Below, piece after piece: positions 29,970 through 40,031 of a DNA stretch of 64,000 nt (position 1 is the first letter of the stretch; each line of letters opens with the position of its first letter). The position numbers and the translations under genes were made by a program. The notes beneath the pieces are model-generated. The model saw only the letters and a list, made by a program, of their open reading frames with translations. It was not told the origin of the DNA and made no database searches. Where the stretch lies: assembly GCA_965368915.1 (NCBI GenBank), contig CBDUOT010000001.1:672-64671 (forward strand), written 5' to 3'. Source of the DNA: an uncultured Rhodobacterales bacterium (lineage in GTDB: Bacteria; Pseudomonadota; Alphaproteobacteria; Rhodobacterales; Rhodobacteraceae).

Positions 29970-31520
29970 ATGTACGCTTCACACGGCTTTCTGCGCTCGG
30001 ACATTGGTGACGTCGATGTTGTCTTTCACCAAGGCCTTTACCACCTGTTTCACCTCGTCCTTCCAAACCATGATTTCATCGCGCATGCGGTGAGCAAGGA
30101 CGGCATGACGTGGCGGCGCGTCGCAAATGCGCTGTTTGTGGGGGATCCCGGCCAATGGGATGATGACATGCTCTGGACGATGCATGTGACGCCCGACCCA
30201 GAGCGCCCAGGCTCTTGGCGGATGTTCTACACTGGTCTTTCGCGTGCCGAGTATGGACGCGTCCAGCGCATTGGTCTGGCGCGGTCCGACGATCTGTACA
30301 CATGGAAACGCTGCGAGTCCGGCGATTACCCGCTGGAAATCAAAGGTCCCTGGTACGAATCCGATATCGACGAGGGCCGGAAATGGGTCAGTTTCCGCGA
30401 TCCGTTCTTCTATCACGACCCTGTAAGCGGTGACCGGCTGCTCATGGCATCAGCACGCGTGAAGAACGGACCGGTCGTCCGTCGGGGATGCGTTGGCCTC
30501 GCTCGGGAAACCGCGCCTGACCGGTTCGAATTCGCGGCGCCGCTTTACAAACCGGGGCTTTACGATGACGTCGAAGTACCGAACCTCGTTCATCAGGACG
30601 GCCGGTTCTATCTGATCGGATCGATCCGCGAGGATACCAAGGTTCATTACTGGTATGCGGACAAGATCGAGGGCCCCTATCAGAACTTTGCCGACAACGT
30701 GCTATTGCCCAAGGGTAATTACGCGGCAAGGGTTTGCCGAAGCGACGGCCGCTATCTGCTTTTCAACTTCTTCCAGCGCAAGGAAACCATCTATGGCCGC
30801 GAAACCGTGGCTCGGCTGTTGCCGCCACCCAAAGAGCTGGTCACAGACAAGAACGGGCGGTTGCTGCTGAAATCGTTCAAGGGTTTCGATGCCCTCGTTC
30901 ACCATTCTTTCGACATAACGAATCCAGCTGAATTCGATGCCCTGTTCGGCAACTCTCACGCAGCGATTAGCGGCGACGACGGGTCGATCCATGTCGCCTG
31001 CCCAAGCGGGTTCGAGGCGTTTCTTCTGCCGGGCGAGCACGAGGATTTCCGGCTACGCGCAACCGTCAAACTCGAGGGCGTGGGCAAGTGCGGCATGGTC
31101 CTGCGCGTCTCGGAGGAGGGCGACGGCTACTTCCTGTCTCTCGACCTAGTCAAAGGCTACGCGCAGCTAAGACGATGGGGCGCCAATCCGCGTCCCGAGT
31201 TCGAATTCGCTTTCCAGTACGAGACGCTTCAGGCCGGTAACTACGTCGCGCTTGATCCTGCGCACCCCCTACAGATCGAGGTCGTCACTCATGGCGCCTA
31301 TATCGAGTTTTCGATCAACGGTCAGGTCACTCTATCGGTCGTGGACGATACATACAGCGCGGGCCGCGTGGGATTCTACACAGAGTCGGCGCAACTGAAG
31401 CTCGAAAACATCAGCATGGAGTGGCTGCGCCGCCCGGTTGCCGAGGAAGAAGCTGTCTATACAGCGACACGCTCAACCGAAACTCTCGACGTCACGCTGG
31501 ACGAGTCCGCGGCCTCATGA
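29970..31520 (+). CDS. Divergent GH32/GH-J clan beta-fructofuranosidase-like hydrolase with C-terminal beta-sandwich (lectin/DUF1080-like) domain
   Basis: From ATG 29970, the segment LRSDIGDVDVVFHQGLYHLFHL aligns with the GH32 WMNDPNG...YHLFYQ nucleophile block. FRDPFFY matches the RDP motif, and DVEVPNL matches the EC(P) acid/base motif. The C-terminal ~170 aa (KCGMVLR...GRVGFYTESAQLKLENISM) looks like a concanavalin-type sandwich. There is no signal peptide. Confidence 0.6.
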   Translation: MYASHGFLRSDIGDVDVVFHQGLYHLFHLVLPNHDFIAHAVSKDGMTWRRVANALFVGDPGQWDDDMLWTMHVTPDPERPGSWRMFYTGLSRAEYGRVQRIGLARSDDLYTWKRCESGDYPLEIKGPWYESDIDEGRKWVSFRDPFFYHDPVSGDRLLMASARVKNGPVVRRGCVGLARETAPDRFEFAAPLYKPGLYDDVEVPNLVHQDGRFYLIGSIREDTKVHYWYADKIEGPYQNFADNVLLPKGNYAARVCRSDGRYLLFNFFQRKETIYGRETVARLLPPPKELVTDKNGRLLLKSFKGFDALVHHSFDITNPAEFDALFGNSHAAISGDDGSIHVACPSGFEAFLLPGEHEDFRLRATVKLEGVGKCGMVLRVSEEGDGYFLSLDLVKGYAQLRRWGANPRPEFEFAFQYETLQAGNYVALDPAHPLQIEVVTHGAYIEFSINGQVTLSVVDDTYSAGRVGFYTESAQLKLENISMEWLRRPVAEEEAVYTATRSTETLDVTLDESAAS

Positions 31521-32245
31521 TGACCGGTGCCCGGAATTCTCCGTGGCTTCTGGTTAGTGATATCGACGATACACTGACAGGCGATGACGCTGCTTTATCT
31601 CGCCTGGCCGAAGCAGTGATCCGGAACCGAGATCGCCTCTGTTTCGCGGTGAACTCCTCCCGGCCCTCCGGCAGTGTGGCCGAAACATTGCGCGACGATT
31701 TTCCGCCTAATCTGGTCCCTGACGCGATCATCACCGCGCTCGGAACCGAAATAACCGTCGGCGGCAAACGACTCCCGCCGCATTTTTCCGACTGGCCCGG
31801 GAACGACGTGTTCGAGGCACTCGCAGCGCTGGGCCACCGACCTCACGCCGCGGAGTTTCAGACCGCTTACAAGGTGAGCTTCGCGGTGCCGCCCGATGCG
31901 CAGCCGGAAGCCCGGCAGGCTCTCGCGCCCTTCGAGTGTCAGATCATCGCGTCTGGGTCGGACGATTTCGACGTGATCCCGCCGGGCGCCGGAAAAGGCG
32001 CCGCCACGGTGTTTCTGGCCGGTGAACTTGGCTATGATCTCGAACTGGTGGTAGCCGCTGGCGATAGCGGCAATGATGTAGCGATGATGAAGGCCGTTCC
32101 TAACCGGATTGTTGTCGGCAACGCGCGCTCCGAACTGGTTGCCGCGCTGCCGCCGGGGACGTTCTTTCATGCCCGTGATCACCATGCGGCTGGGGTATTG
32201 GAGGGACTTGTGGAATTCGGCATCATCCCGCCCCCCGACTACTGA
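31517..32245 (+). CDS. HAD-IIB phosphatase, sucrose-6F-phosphate phosphohydrolase-like (SPP family)
   Basis: ATG 31517 overlaps the preceding stop (ATGA). HAD motif I LLVSDIDDTLTG and motif IV AAGDSGNDVAMM (GDSGND is characteristic of SPP-type enzymes). 242 aa. Confidence 0.7.
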   Translation: MMTGARNSPWLLVSDIDDTLTGDDAALSRLAEAVIRNRDRLCFAVNSSRPSGSVAETLRDDFPPNLVPDAIITALGTEITVGGKRLPPHFSDWPGNDVFEALAALGHRPHAAEFQTAYKVSFAVPPDAQPEARQALAPFECQIIASGSDDFDVIPPGAGKGAATVFLAGELGYDLELVVAAGDSGNDVAMMKAVPNRIVVGNARSELVAALPPGTFFHARDHHAAGVLEGLVEFGIIPPPDY

Positions 32246-32267
32246 AACGAAACAAGCAGGAACACCC

Positions 32268-33542
32268 ATGGCAGGCAGCATCTCCGGTTCACTCATGATG
32301 ATCTCGCTGCACGGCTATGTTGCCGGCACACCCGAACTCGGCAAGCCGGATACAGGCGGGCAGGTCGTTTTCGTGATGGAGCTCGCCAAGCGTTTCGCCC
32401 GGCTCGGCTACAATGTCGATGTCATGACGCGGCGTTTCGAGGATCAGCCGGCTGAGGACGTCATCAACGAAAACCTTCGTGTCCGCCGCATTCCGTTCGG
32501 TGGCCCCGACTTCATCCGCAAGGAAGACATGCACGACTGGTACGGCGACTTCGTGTCGAACGTGCTTGCCGCGGTCCGGCGTCACGGGCTGCGCTACGAT
32601 GTGGTGAACAGCCATTACTGGGATGCCGGGGTGGCGGGCCAGAAGATCGCCGAGGAACTCCAGATTCCGCATATCCACACGCCGCATTCGCTTGGCTGGT
32701 GGAAAGCGAAGGACATGAAAAGCCTCGGCGAAGGCAAGAAGGCCAACTACCGGTTCGAAGAACGCATCCAGAAGGAATTCGTGCTTTACCGGAATTGCGA
32801 CCATATCATCGTCACCTCCGAGCAGCAGGCGCAGATCATCGAGGATCACTACGACCTGCCGAGTGAGCACATCACGATGATCCCGCCCGGGATCGACGAA
32901 CAACGCTTTACCGCGATCACGCCTATGCAGTTGGACGAGGTCCGCGCAAGGCTCGGCATGTCGCAGAACGACGTCTACGTTGTCGGTCGCGCGGCGACGA
33001 ACAAGGGCTACGACCTGATGATCCAAGCCCTGCCCCACCTGCGCGAGTTGCAGCCTGAGGCACGGCTGGTGCTTGCAGCGGGCGCGAATTCTACCGAGGA
33101 CAAGAAGCTCGTTGAAACATGGAAGAAGCAGGCCGCCGAGCTGGGCGTCTCGGATGCCATTTCCTGGCGCGGCTACATTTCCGACGACGATCTTGCCGAC
33201 TACTACCGCGCGCCGGGCGTCTTCGCCTTACCCTCGCGCTATGAGCCTTTCGGGATGACCGCGGTCGAGGCGATGTGCTGTGGCACGCCCACGGTGCTGA
33301 CCACCCGCGGCGGACTTCATGAGCAGATCGAGTTCGGGCGCCATGCGCTGATCGCAGATCCCACCCGGCCACGAGAGTTCGCGGCGATGGTCAACATGCC
33401 GATGCAGCATTCCTGGCTGCGCGAGAAGCTCATGGTCGAGGGCGCCCGATTTGCCCGCCGCACCTTCGGCTGGACCGGCATTGCACGCCGCACCCTTGCG
33501 GTTTTCGACGCCTTTCTGGGGCGGTACGACACGGCATCCTGA
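32268..33542 (+). CDS. GT4 glycosyltransferase, sucrose-phosphate synthase-like (could equally be a mannosylfructose-phosphate synthase-type enzyme)
   Basis: ATG 32268 gives 424 aa. MMISLHGYVAGTPELGKPDTGGQVVFVMELAKRFARLGYNVDV is the SPS/SuSy-type N-terminal block. The GT4 EX7E motif is PSRYEPFGMTAVEAMCCGTP. Confidence 0.7.
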   Translation: MAGSISGSLMMISLHGYVAGTPELGKPDTGGQVVFVMELAKRFARLGYNVDVMTRRFEDQPAEDVINENLRVRRIPFGGPDFIRKEDMHDWYGDFVSNVLAAVRRHGLRYDVVNSHYWDAGVAGQKIAEELQIPHIHTPHSLGWWKAKDMKSLGEGKKANYRFEERIQKEFVLYRNCDHIIVTSEQQAQIIEDHYDLPSEHITMIPPGIDEQRFTAITPMQLDEVRARLGMSQNDVYVVGRAATNKGYDLMIQALPHLRELQPEARLVLAAGANSTEDKKLVETWKKQAAELGVSDAISWRGYISDDDLADYYRAPGVFALPSRYEPFGMTAVEAMCCGTPTVLTTRGGLHEQIEFGRHALIADPTRPREFAAMVNMPMQHSWLREKLMVEGARFARRTFGWTGIARRTLAVFDAFLGRYDTAS

Positions 33543-33564
33543 CGACGCCGACGGCCCGGAAGCC

Positions 33565-34461
33565 TTATCTGGTTCCGATTTGCTGGCGGGATATCTCGCG
33601 TCCGAACAGTCGCTCCGCGTTCCTGTAAGCGATTTTTTCCGCCACATCGCGGGGCAGTCTAGATAGCCATGCCCGGTTGGATGCCATGATGGATCCGTAG
33701 CGGTCCCACTGGCTGTTCACCCATGTGTCGCTTCCCACCATCAGGCGATCCTGAAACGACATGATTATCTTCTTCCAATCCGGATCCAACGCGTCACCCG
33801 TTCCAAGGATCTCATGTTCTCGCAACGAGGTGTCGGCTACGAGGGTCGGGTGGTCGCGCATCACGTCGTAGACAGTGCTGGCCCGTTCGCCGAGGCCAGC
33901 ATGGGCCCATATGACTTTTATGTCCGGGTCGAGTTCATAAAGCCAGCGGACCGGCGCTGCGCCGGAGTGAACATGCAGGTAGATATCTCGCTCTTTCGCC
34001 ATCGCAATGACTTCGCGGAACAATGGTTCATCCGAGACGTCCAGATTGTGGATGTGGAACTCACCTATACCCTCGTGCGGATAGGCTTTCAGGCGCCGCG
34101 CCAGATAGCTTTTCATATCCGGGGCCTTGGTCCAATTCGAGGAACCCGCGTCGCCGTGATAGGGGCGTAGCTCGGGGACGATGCGGTTGGGTGCATACTC
34201 CCACAGCATGATCGTACCCTCATCAGGCGTCGAAGACACAAGCGCCATGGCAACGCCATTCCTGTCCATCAGTTCGACGACGCTTTGGACGGAGTATGCT
34301 TTCCAGGCTGGTTCCTTGTAGTGCATGTGCGCGTCAAAGATCGGAACACCGTCGATCGCGCTTCCGATAGGGTCGTCGGCACGAGCAGGGATCGGTGCGA
34401 AGAAGGAATGGAAGAGCGCCGCCAGCAGAAATATCGATCCTTTGAACGTCACAAGGTTCAT
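33565..34461 (-). CDS. Secreted metal-dependent amidohydrolase (Amidohydro_2 / TIM-barrel family)
   Basis: 298 aa. Signal peptide MNLVTFKGSIFLLAALFHSFFAPIPARADDP. An early DAHMHY metal-binding motif and later HVH / HAG histidines are typical of PF04909-like hydrolases. Confidence 0.6.
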   Translation of the reverse strand: MNLVTFKGSIFLLAALFHSFFAPIPARADDPIGSAIDGVPIFDAHMHYKEPAWKAYSVQSVVELMDRNGVAMALVSSTPDEGTIMLWEYAPNRIVPELRPYHGDAGSSNWTKAPDMKSYLARRLKAYPHEGIGEFHIHNLDVSDEPLFREVIAMAKERDIYLHVHSGAAPVRWLYELDPDIKVIWAHAGLGERASTVYDVMRDHPTLVADTSLREHEILGTGDALDPDWKKIIMSFQDRLMVGSDTWVNSQWDRYGSIMASNRAWLSRLPRDVAEKIAYRNAERLFGREISRQQIGTR

Positions 34462-34609
34462 CGCTTCACTCCAGATTTCCCACCACGCTGCGAACGCGCT
34501 GCACTCGATCGTGCACGTCCCCCGTCAACTTGGCGCAAGATGGGACAGCCTGCAAAGGCAGATGTCAAAAGCCGAAGTAAAGCAGTTGCCGGGAAGCAGC
34601 GCGTCCCTG

Positions 34610-35587
34610 TCAGGGCTTCCGAATAACCTCGGAGAAATCGGCACCCGCAGCGGCAGCCTGTGCCCTCATGGTGATCAGGGCGGCCCGGCGGCGCGACTCC
34701 ATAGGCCCCTCACCGCCCAGAACGCCAAGCGAGTCGATGTAGTCGGGCAGGTATCCTGACATTATGATCCGCCAATCGATCGGCAGATCGGGCTTGAGGA
34801 CCTGTGCCAGCTGATAAACCACCGTCGTGCAGTTCGCCGTCAGCGTATTGTAGAATTCGGGACGTTTCTCGAGCCGCTGGGCCAGCGCGAGATAGGACAT
34901 GAACAGTTTGCGTCGCTGTTCGGCGTCGAGCTTGATCGGATAAAGGCTCACCTGTTCCTGGCGGTAGTTGGTGCGCAGCTTGACGATGTCTTCTTCGGTT
35001 GCTGCAATCAGCACCAGTTCGAATTGACGAAAAAAGCCGCCAATCTGGTTGAATTTCTCGCCCGCTTCGCGCCGGATCTCGACTGAGAAGACGACATGCT
35101 CTCCGTCGTCGAACCCAAAACTCACGAGAAGATGCGCGATGTCCGGGCTGTCCCAGACCGATGTCAGCATGTCGACGCTTTGAAGTCTGGTCAGGTCGTA
35201 CTGCGCGCTGATCCATCGCTCTTGCGCCTCATCCTTGGTGATCCAATCGAAATCGCGAACGTCGCGAAGCTTGACCGTATCGCCCGAAACTTCGGCCTTC
35301 ACGCCGCGCTGCACGTCGAAATCCCAGTCGCGATCCTCACGCGGGGCAATCGTCTGATACCAGCCACCGACGGCCAACGCCGCGAGAACGAGCAGCGTCC
35401 ATCCCGCGCGCCGAGAGCGCATTCGCGCCAGCCCCACAACGATTAGTCCGACGCCGAGCGCGCACCAAGCCGCGTAAAGCCAAGCGCCGTTCAGATGCAC
35501 CCAGAGCGCCGTCGCGGCCCAGGCAGTCCCGCCCAGTGCGACCAAGGCGAACACGGCGAAACCGAAGACGCGATATACTTGGGCCAT
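34610..35587 (-). CDS. DUF4105-domain membrane protein
   Basis: 325 aa. Three or four N-terminal TM helices, followed by the conserved pattern HLLVSFGF...VFSVEIRRE...FELVLIAATEEDIV...YNTLTANCTT seen in DUF4105 (Lnb N-terminal-like) proteins. Confidence 0.6.
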   Translation of the reverse strand: MAQVYRVFGFAVFALVALGGTAWAATALWVHLNGAWLYAAWCALGVGLIVVGLARMRSRRAGWTLLVLAALAVGGWYQTIAPREDRDWDFDVQRGVKAEVSGDTVKLRDVRDFDWITKDEAQERWISAQYDLTRLQSVDMLTSVWDSPDIAHLLVSFGFDDGEHVVFSVEIRREAGEKFNQIGGFFRQFELVLIAATEEDIVKLRTNYRQEQVSLYPIKLDAEQRRKLFMSYLALAQRLEKRPEFYNTLTANCTTVVYQLAQVLKPDLPIDWRIIMSGYLPDYIDSLGVLGGEGPMESRRRAALITMRAQAAAAGADFSEVIRKP

Positions 35588-35922
35588 GCTGCTCGTCCTG
35601 ATTCAAAAGCGGTCGGAGCTGTATCTGAAATCCCGGCCGCGGGTAGCCGTTCGGCATTAGATGTGACGATCGCCGGTTCCGCAGGTGTCATCAAGGGCGC
35701 TCGAAGGAGTAGAGCGTTCAAAGAGAAAGTGCTGCCGAGAAGTCGAAGGGAAGCGGCAGAGCGGCCATTCCATCCGGCACTGATCGAAAGCGCTGCTCTA
35801 CCGCTGGCGGCAAAATTCGGCCCTTGCCAACTCTATTGTGCAACACTCTGCCGCCGGGATGCGTATAGTCTGCTGCGCCGATAGTGCGCGAGGACACCAA
35901 TGACGGAAATGAAAGCAAGCAA

Positions 35923-37554
35923 ATGAAGCAAGGCGAAGGATCCGCGCGGATCGCGGTTGTCGGCATGGGGCCGCGCGGCCTAGGTGCTCTCGAGGCGCTC
36001 GCGGCGCGGGCGCAGGCCGCTGGTTGCTCCTTGTCCGTCGACGTCTTCGATCCGTTTCCGGCCGCCGGCGCGGGTCCGAACTTCGACCCCGACGAAAGCC
36101 CGCTCTGCCTGCTGAACATTCCGATGCGCGACATCTCCATTCGCCCGCCCGGCTTCTCGCGTTGCGGCAGCTTTGCCGATTGGCTGAAGCAAGCGCCCGA
36201 CCCGGACGCTTTTCCGACACGGGTTGACCTTGGCCGTTATCTGGAGGCCCGGTACGCGGACTTGCTGGACCTCGGCATTCTGAAGATCGTTCGCCACGCC
36301 AAGCGGGTTGAAGTCCTGGGAGGGGACGATGAAGGCTGGCGGCTAAGGGTCGACGGCCAGTGGCGCGGACCCTACGACGAGGTGCTGTTGACGCTTGGCC
36401 AGCCGGAGGTCACGCCGGATGACCAATGGGGCGAATGGCAAGAACACGCCAAGCAATCGGCGGGCGAACTGGCGCAGGCCTACCCGGCGAGGCGCCTCGC
36501 GAAGGCCGCCTCGGACTGGACCGGCAAGGTCGTCGCGATCCGCGGATTGGGCTTGTCTGCCTTCGACGTCCTTCGCGTTCTGACAGTGGCTCAGGGCGGG
36601 CGGTTTCAACAGGGACGCTATCTGGCATCGGGGCGCGAACCCAGAGCAATCCTGCCCTTTTCACTCGACGGCAAGCCGCCCTTTCCAAAGCCCGAGACCG
36701 AGGCCCTGGATGCGCGGTTCGAACCTCTGCCGGACGAAACGCGGGCCTTTGAGGACGCGATCGCCAAAGCGGCGACTGTAAGCCCAGACGCCGGAACGCG
36801 GCTTATCAATGCCGCGCTGGTGCCCGCAGTCACGCGCATCTTGCGCCAGTGTGGCGGCGAAGCGGACGCGCATGGTGTTTCCGACTGGCTGGAAACGGAA
36901 TGGGCCTCTCCGGGGTCGCAGGAAACGGGCGGGCCCTACGACACGTTGCGTTCGGGCATGGCATTGGCCGATGGGTCGTGCCCGCCGACGGTCGGCTACA
37001 CCGTCGGGCAGGTCTGGCGGAAATGGCAGAACGAACTCAGGGCGGGCTACAATCCCGCACGAACCCCTGCCGACACCGCGAAGGCGATCATCGATTTCGA
37101 CGAGGGGCTGAAGCGTTATTCCTATGGTCCGCCCTTGTCAGCCGCCCACGAACTGGTCGGGCTGATCGAAGCCGACATTGTCGATCTGGACCTGTCCGCC
37201 GATCCCGATATCGAGATGACTGCGACTGGCTGGAACTTGAAAGGCGAAGCCGACTCGGCGCGGGCATCGGTCATGATCGACGCCGTCCTTCCGTCACCTG
37301 ACCTTTCCAGCGTCACGGCAAGCCTGGTGTCCGATCTGGTGGCTGAGGGACGCCTGAGCACGATTGCCGAGGGTCTTGCGGCGTACACCGCCGAGGACGG
37401 CAGCGTGATCGGCAAGGACGGGCAGGTCAAACCGGGGCTGTGCCTTCTGGGGCGCCTTGCACTTGGCAGCGTCGTGGCAGCGGACTCGCTTCATGACTGC
37501 TTTGGCGACGCAGCCAATCGCTGGGCGAAGGGCGTAATCGACCGCATGGGCTAA
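35923..37554 (+). CDS. FAD/NAD(P)-binding domain protein (PF13454-like), function unknown
   Basis: From ATG 35923 the protein reads [30 protein letters not shown], a dinucleotide-binding GxGxxG motif. A second Rossmann-like motif is [17 protein letters not shown] 35884 is an alternative start. Confidence 0.6.
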   Translation: MKQGEGSARIAVVGMGPRGLGALEALAARAQAAGCSLSVDVFDPFPAAGAGPNFDPDESPLCLLNIPMRDISIRPPGFSRCGSFADWLKQAPDPDAFPTRVDLGRYLEARYADLLDLGILKIVRHAKRVEVLGGDDEGWRLRVDGQWRGPYDEVLLTLGQPEVTPDDQWGEWQEHAKQSAGELAQAYPARRLAKAASDWTGKVVAIRGLGLSAFDVLRVLTVAQGGRFQQGRYLASGREPRAILPFSLDGKPPFPKPETEALDARFEPLPDETRAFEDAIAKAATVSPDAGTRLINAALVPAVTRILRQCGGEADAHGVSDWLETEWASPGSQETGGPYDTLRSGMALADGSCPPTVGYTVGQVWRKWQNELRAGYNPARTPADTAKAIIDFDEGLKRYSYGPPLSAAHELVGLIEADIVDLDLSADPDIEMTATGWNLKGEADSARASVMIDAVLPSPDLSSVTASLVSDLVAEGRLSTIAEGLAAYTAEDGSVIGKDGQVKPGLCLLGRLALGSVVAADSLHDCFGDAANRWAKGVIDRMG

Positions 37555-37658
37555 GCGGCAAAACTCATCGGAACCATCTGGTCAGGTCTGGCGTTTTCAT
37601 TGCGTCACTCGCTCCGCAAGGGCGAGTCCGCATCGCAAACCAGCCAAAAGGATCTGTC

Positions 37659-39770
37659 ATGAACAACCGGCCCACGTTCGACCCTTCCTCGACCTCGCAG
37701 TCCGGCGACGACACGACTGATCACAAGCATGAAACCGGCAAGGCCGGCGAAGTGCACCAGCAGCCTTCCGGCGATACGCAAAGAATGACCACGGCGCAGG
37801 GTGTGCCGATTTCCGACGATCAGAACACACTGCGGGCGGGTGCCCGAGGACCGGCGCTCCTCGAAGATTTCGTGATGCGCGAAAAGATCTTCCATTTCGA
37901 TCATGAACGCATTCCCGAACGGGTCGTCCACGCCCGTGGTTACGGCGCACACGGTTATCTTGAAGTGACTGAGGCCATTCCAGAACTCACGTCCGCCAGC
38001 CTGTTCCAGGAAAAGGGCACCAAGGTCCCGGCCTTCGTGCGGTTCTCGACCGTTGCAGGCAGCAAGGGTTCACCCGATCTTGCGCGTGATGTGCGCGGAT
38101 TTGCGGTTAAGCTTTATACCGATGAAGGCAATTGGGACATCGTCGGCAACAACATCCCTGTTTTCTTCATTCAGGATGCGATGAAGTTTCCTGACCTCGT
38201 CCATTCGGTCAAACCCGAGCCTGACCGTGGGTTTCCGCAGGCGCAGTCGGCGCATGACAACTTCTGGGACTTTATCTCCCTCATGCCGGAATCGATGCAT
38301 ATGGTCATGTGGGCCATGTCCGACCGTGCCATCCCTCGGTCCTTCCGGTTCATGGAAGGCTTTGGCGTGCACACGTTCCGCTTCGTGAATGCCGACGGAA
38401 AGGGAACTTTCGTGAAGTTCCACTGGAAACCGAAGCAGGGTCTGCAATCGGTGATCTGGGACGAAGCGGTCAAGATCAACGGCGCCGATCCGGATTTCCA
38501 CCGCCGCGATCTGTGGGGCGCGATCCAGTCGGGCGACTATCCCGAGTGGGAGCTGGGCGTTCAGGTTTTCGATGACGACTTCGCGGATTCGTTCGAATTC
38601 GACGTTCTCGACGCGACGAAACTCATCCCCGAAGAACAGGTGCCGGTCCGCATTGTCGGTCGGCTCGTTCTGGACCGCATGGTCGACAACTTCTTCGCAG
38701 AGACCGAGCAGGTGGCGTTCTGTACCCAGAACATCGTGCCCGGCGTCGACTTCACGAACGACCCGCTGCTGCAGGGCAGGAACTTCTCCTACCTCGATAC
38801 GCAGACCAAGCGGCTGGGTGGCCCGAACTTCACCCATATCCCGATCAATGCGCCCCGATGCCCGATGCATCACTTCCAGCAGGACGGCCACATGGCCATG
38901 CACAACCCGACTGGACGCGCGAACTACGAGCCGAATTCCTGGAAGGACGGCGGCCCGCGCGCGGACTCGATCGGTGGCTTCAAGAGCGCCCCAGTGCGCG
39001 AGCAGGGCGACAAACGGCGCATCCGGCCAGAGACCTTCGCCGACCACTACAGCCAGGCACGGCAGTTCTACAAAAGTCAGACCGATGTCGAACAATCCCA
39101 CATCGCCGACGCCCTCGTCTTTGAGCTTTCCAAGGTGGAAACACCCGCGATCCGCGAACGGGTCGTGAGCCATCTTCTGAACATCGACGAAGGCCTTGCC
39201 CAGAGCGTCGCGAACGGGCTGCGTCTTGGCGATTTGCCTGAAGCGGCCGAGCCTGCGCGCGCACCGATCGACCTGCCGGTTTCGGACAAGCTCTCGATCC
39301 TGAAGAACGGCCCCGACAGCTTCGCCGGCCGCAAACTGGGATTGCTGGTTGCCGAAGGCGCGGACGCCGATATCGTCTCGGGCCTCAAGGAGGCGGCCGA
39401 AAACCTTGGCGCCATGATCGAGGTTGTCGCGCCCGCAGTGGGTGGCGTCACCTTGTCGGACGGCACTCATCTGTCCGCCCAGCAGAAGATCGACGGCGCA
39501 CCAGCGGTGCTCTACGACGCCGTCGCCATCGTCGGCTCGACCGAGGGCATCGAGATTTTGAAGTCGTCATACGCGGCGCGCACGTTCGTTAACGACGCCT
39601 ATCAATTTGGCAAATACATCGCCCACAGCGAAGAAGGCGCCGCACTGCTTTCACATTGCGGATGCGATTCTGATGGCGACGACGCGATCGTGCAGTTGTC
39701 CAACTCCCAAGATTGCGAGCAATTCCTCGACGCGGCCAAGAAACTGAGGAACTGGAACCGGGGGCGGTAA
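37659..39770 (+). CDS. katE: Large-subunit monofunctional catalase (HPII type) with C-terminal DJ-1/PfpI-like domain
   Basis: 703 aa: [20 protein letters not shown] (distal His), [11 protein letters not shown], the proximal-Tyr region RLFSY-like NFSYLDTQ, and the ~150-aa C-terminal flavodoxin-like extension typical of clade 2 catalases. Confidence 0.93.
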   Translation: MNNRPTFDPSSTSQSGDDTTDHKHETGKAGEVHQQPSGDTQRMTTAQGVPISDDQNTLRAGARGPALLEDFVMREKIFHFDHERIPERVVHARGYGAHGYLEVTEAIPELTSASLFQEKGTKVPAFVRFSTVAGSKGSPDLARDVRGFAVKLYTDEGNWDIVGNNIPVFFIQDAMKFPDLVHSVKPEPDRGFPQAQSAHDNFWDFISLMPESMHMVMWAMSDRAIPRSFRFMEGFGVHTFRFVNADGKGTFVKFHWKPKQGLQSVIWDEAVKINGADPDFHRRDLWGAIQSGDYPEWELGVQVFDDDFADSFEFDVLDATKLIPEEQVPVRIVGRLVLDRMVDNFFAETEQVAFCTQNIVPGVDFTNDPLLQGRNFSYLDTQTKRLGGPNFTHIPINAPRCPMHHFQQDGHMAMHNPTGRANYEPNSWKDGGPRADSIGGFKSAPVREQGDKRRIRPETFADHYSQARQFYKSQTDVEQSHIADALVFELSKVETPAIRERVVSHLLNIDEGLAQSVANGLRLGDLPEAAEPARAPIDLPVSDKLSILKNGPDSFAGRKLGLLVAEGADADIVSGLKEAAENLGAMIEVVAPAVGGVTLSDGTHLSAQQKIDGAPAVLYDAVAIVGSTEGIEILKSSYAARTFVNDAYQFGKYIAHSEEGAALLSHCGCDSDGDDAIVQLSNSQDCEQFLDAAKKLRNWNRGR

Positions 39771-40031
39771 CTCACCGCCCCCCGCTGGGCAGCGGGATGG
39801 TCGATGCCACGCTTTGTGCGCTTCTTCTCAAACCAACCGCCCGGCACAATTGGCGGCATGTCGCGCTTTTTCATGAGGCGATGCAGGAAAATGTCGTTTC
39901 GCGACAATTCGTGACGAAAACGTGTGGACGGACATAGGCATTCGGCAGTCCAAAAGGGGCGCCTGCCGAAGATCGCAGGCTTCGATGATAGCCAGCGAAT
40001 CTTCCTCGTGAACGCATGTCGGGGAAGAGAG

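Noticed and set aside
38070-39470. 466-aa minus-strand ORF
   Set aside because: It is antisense to katE, whose catalase motifs are unambiguous.
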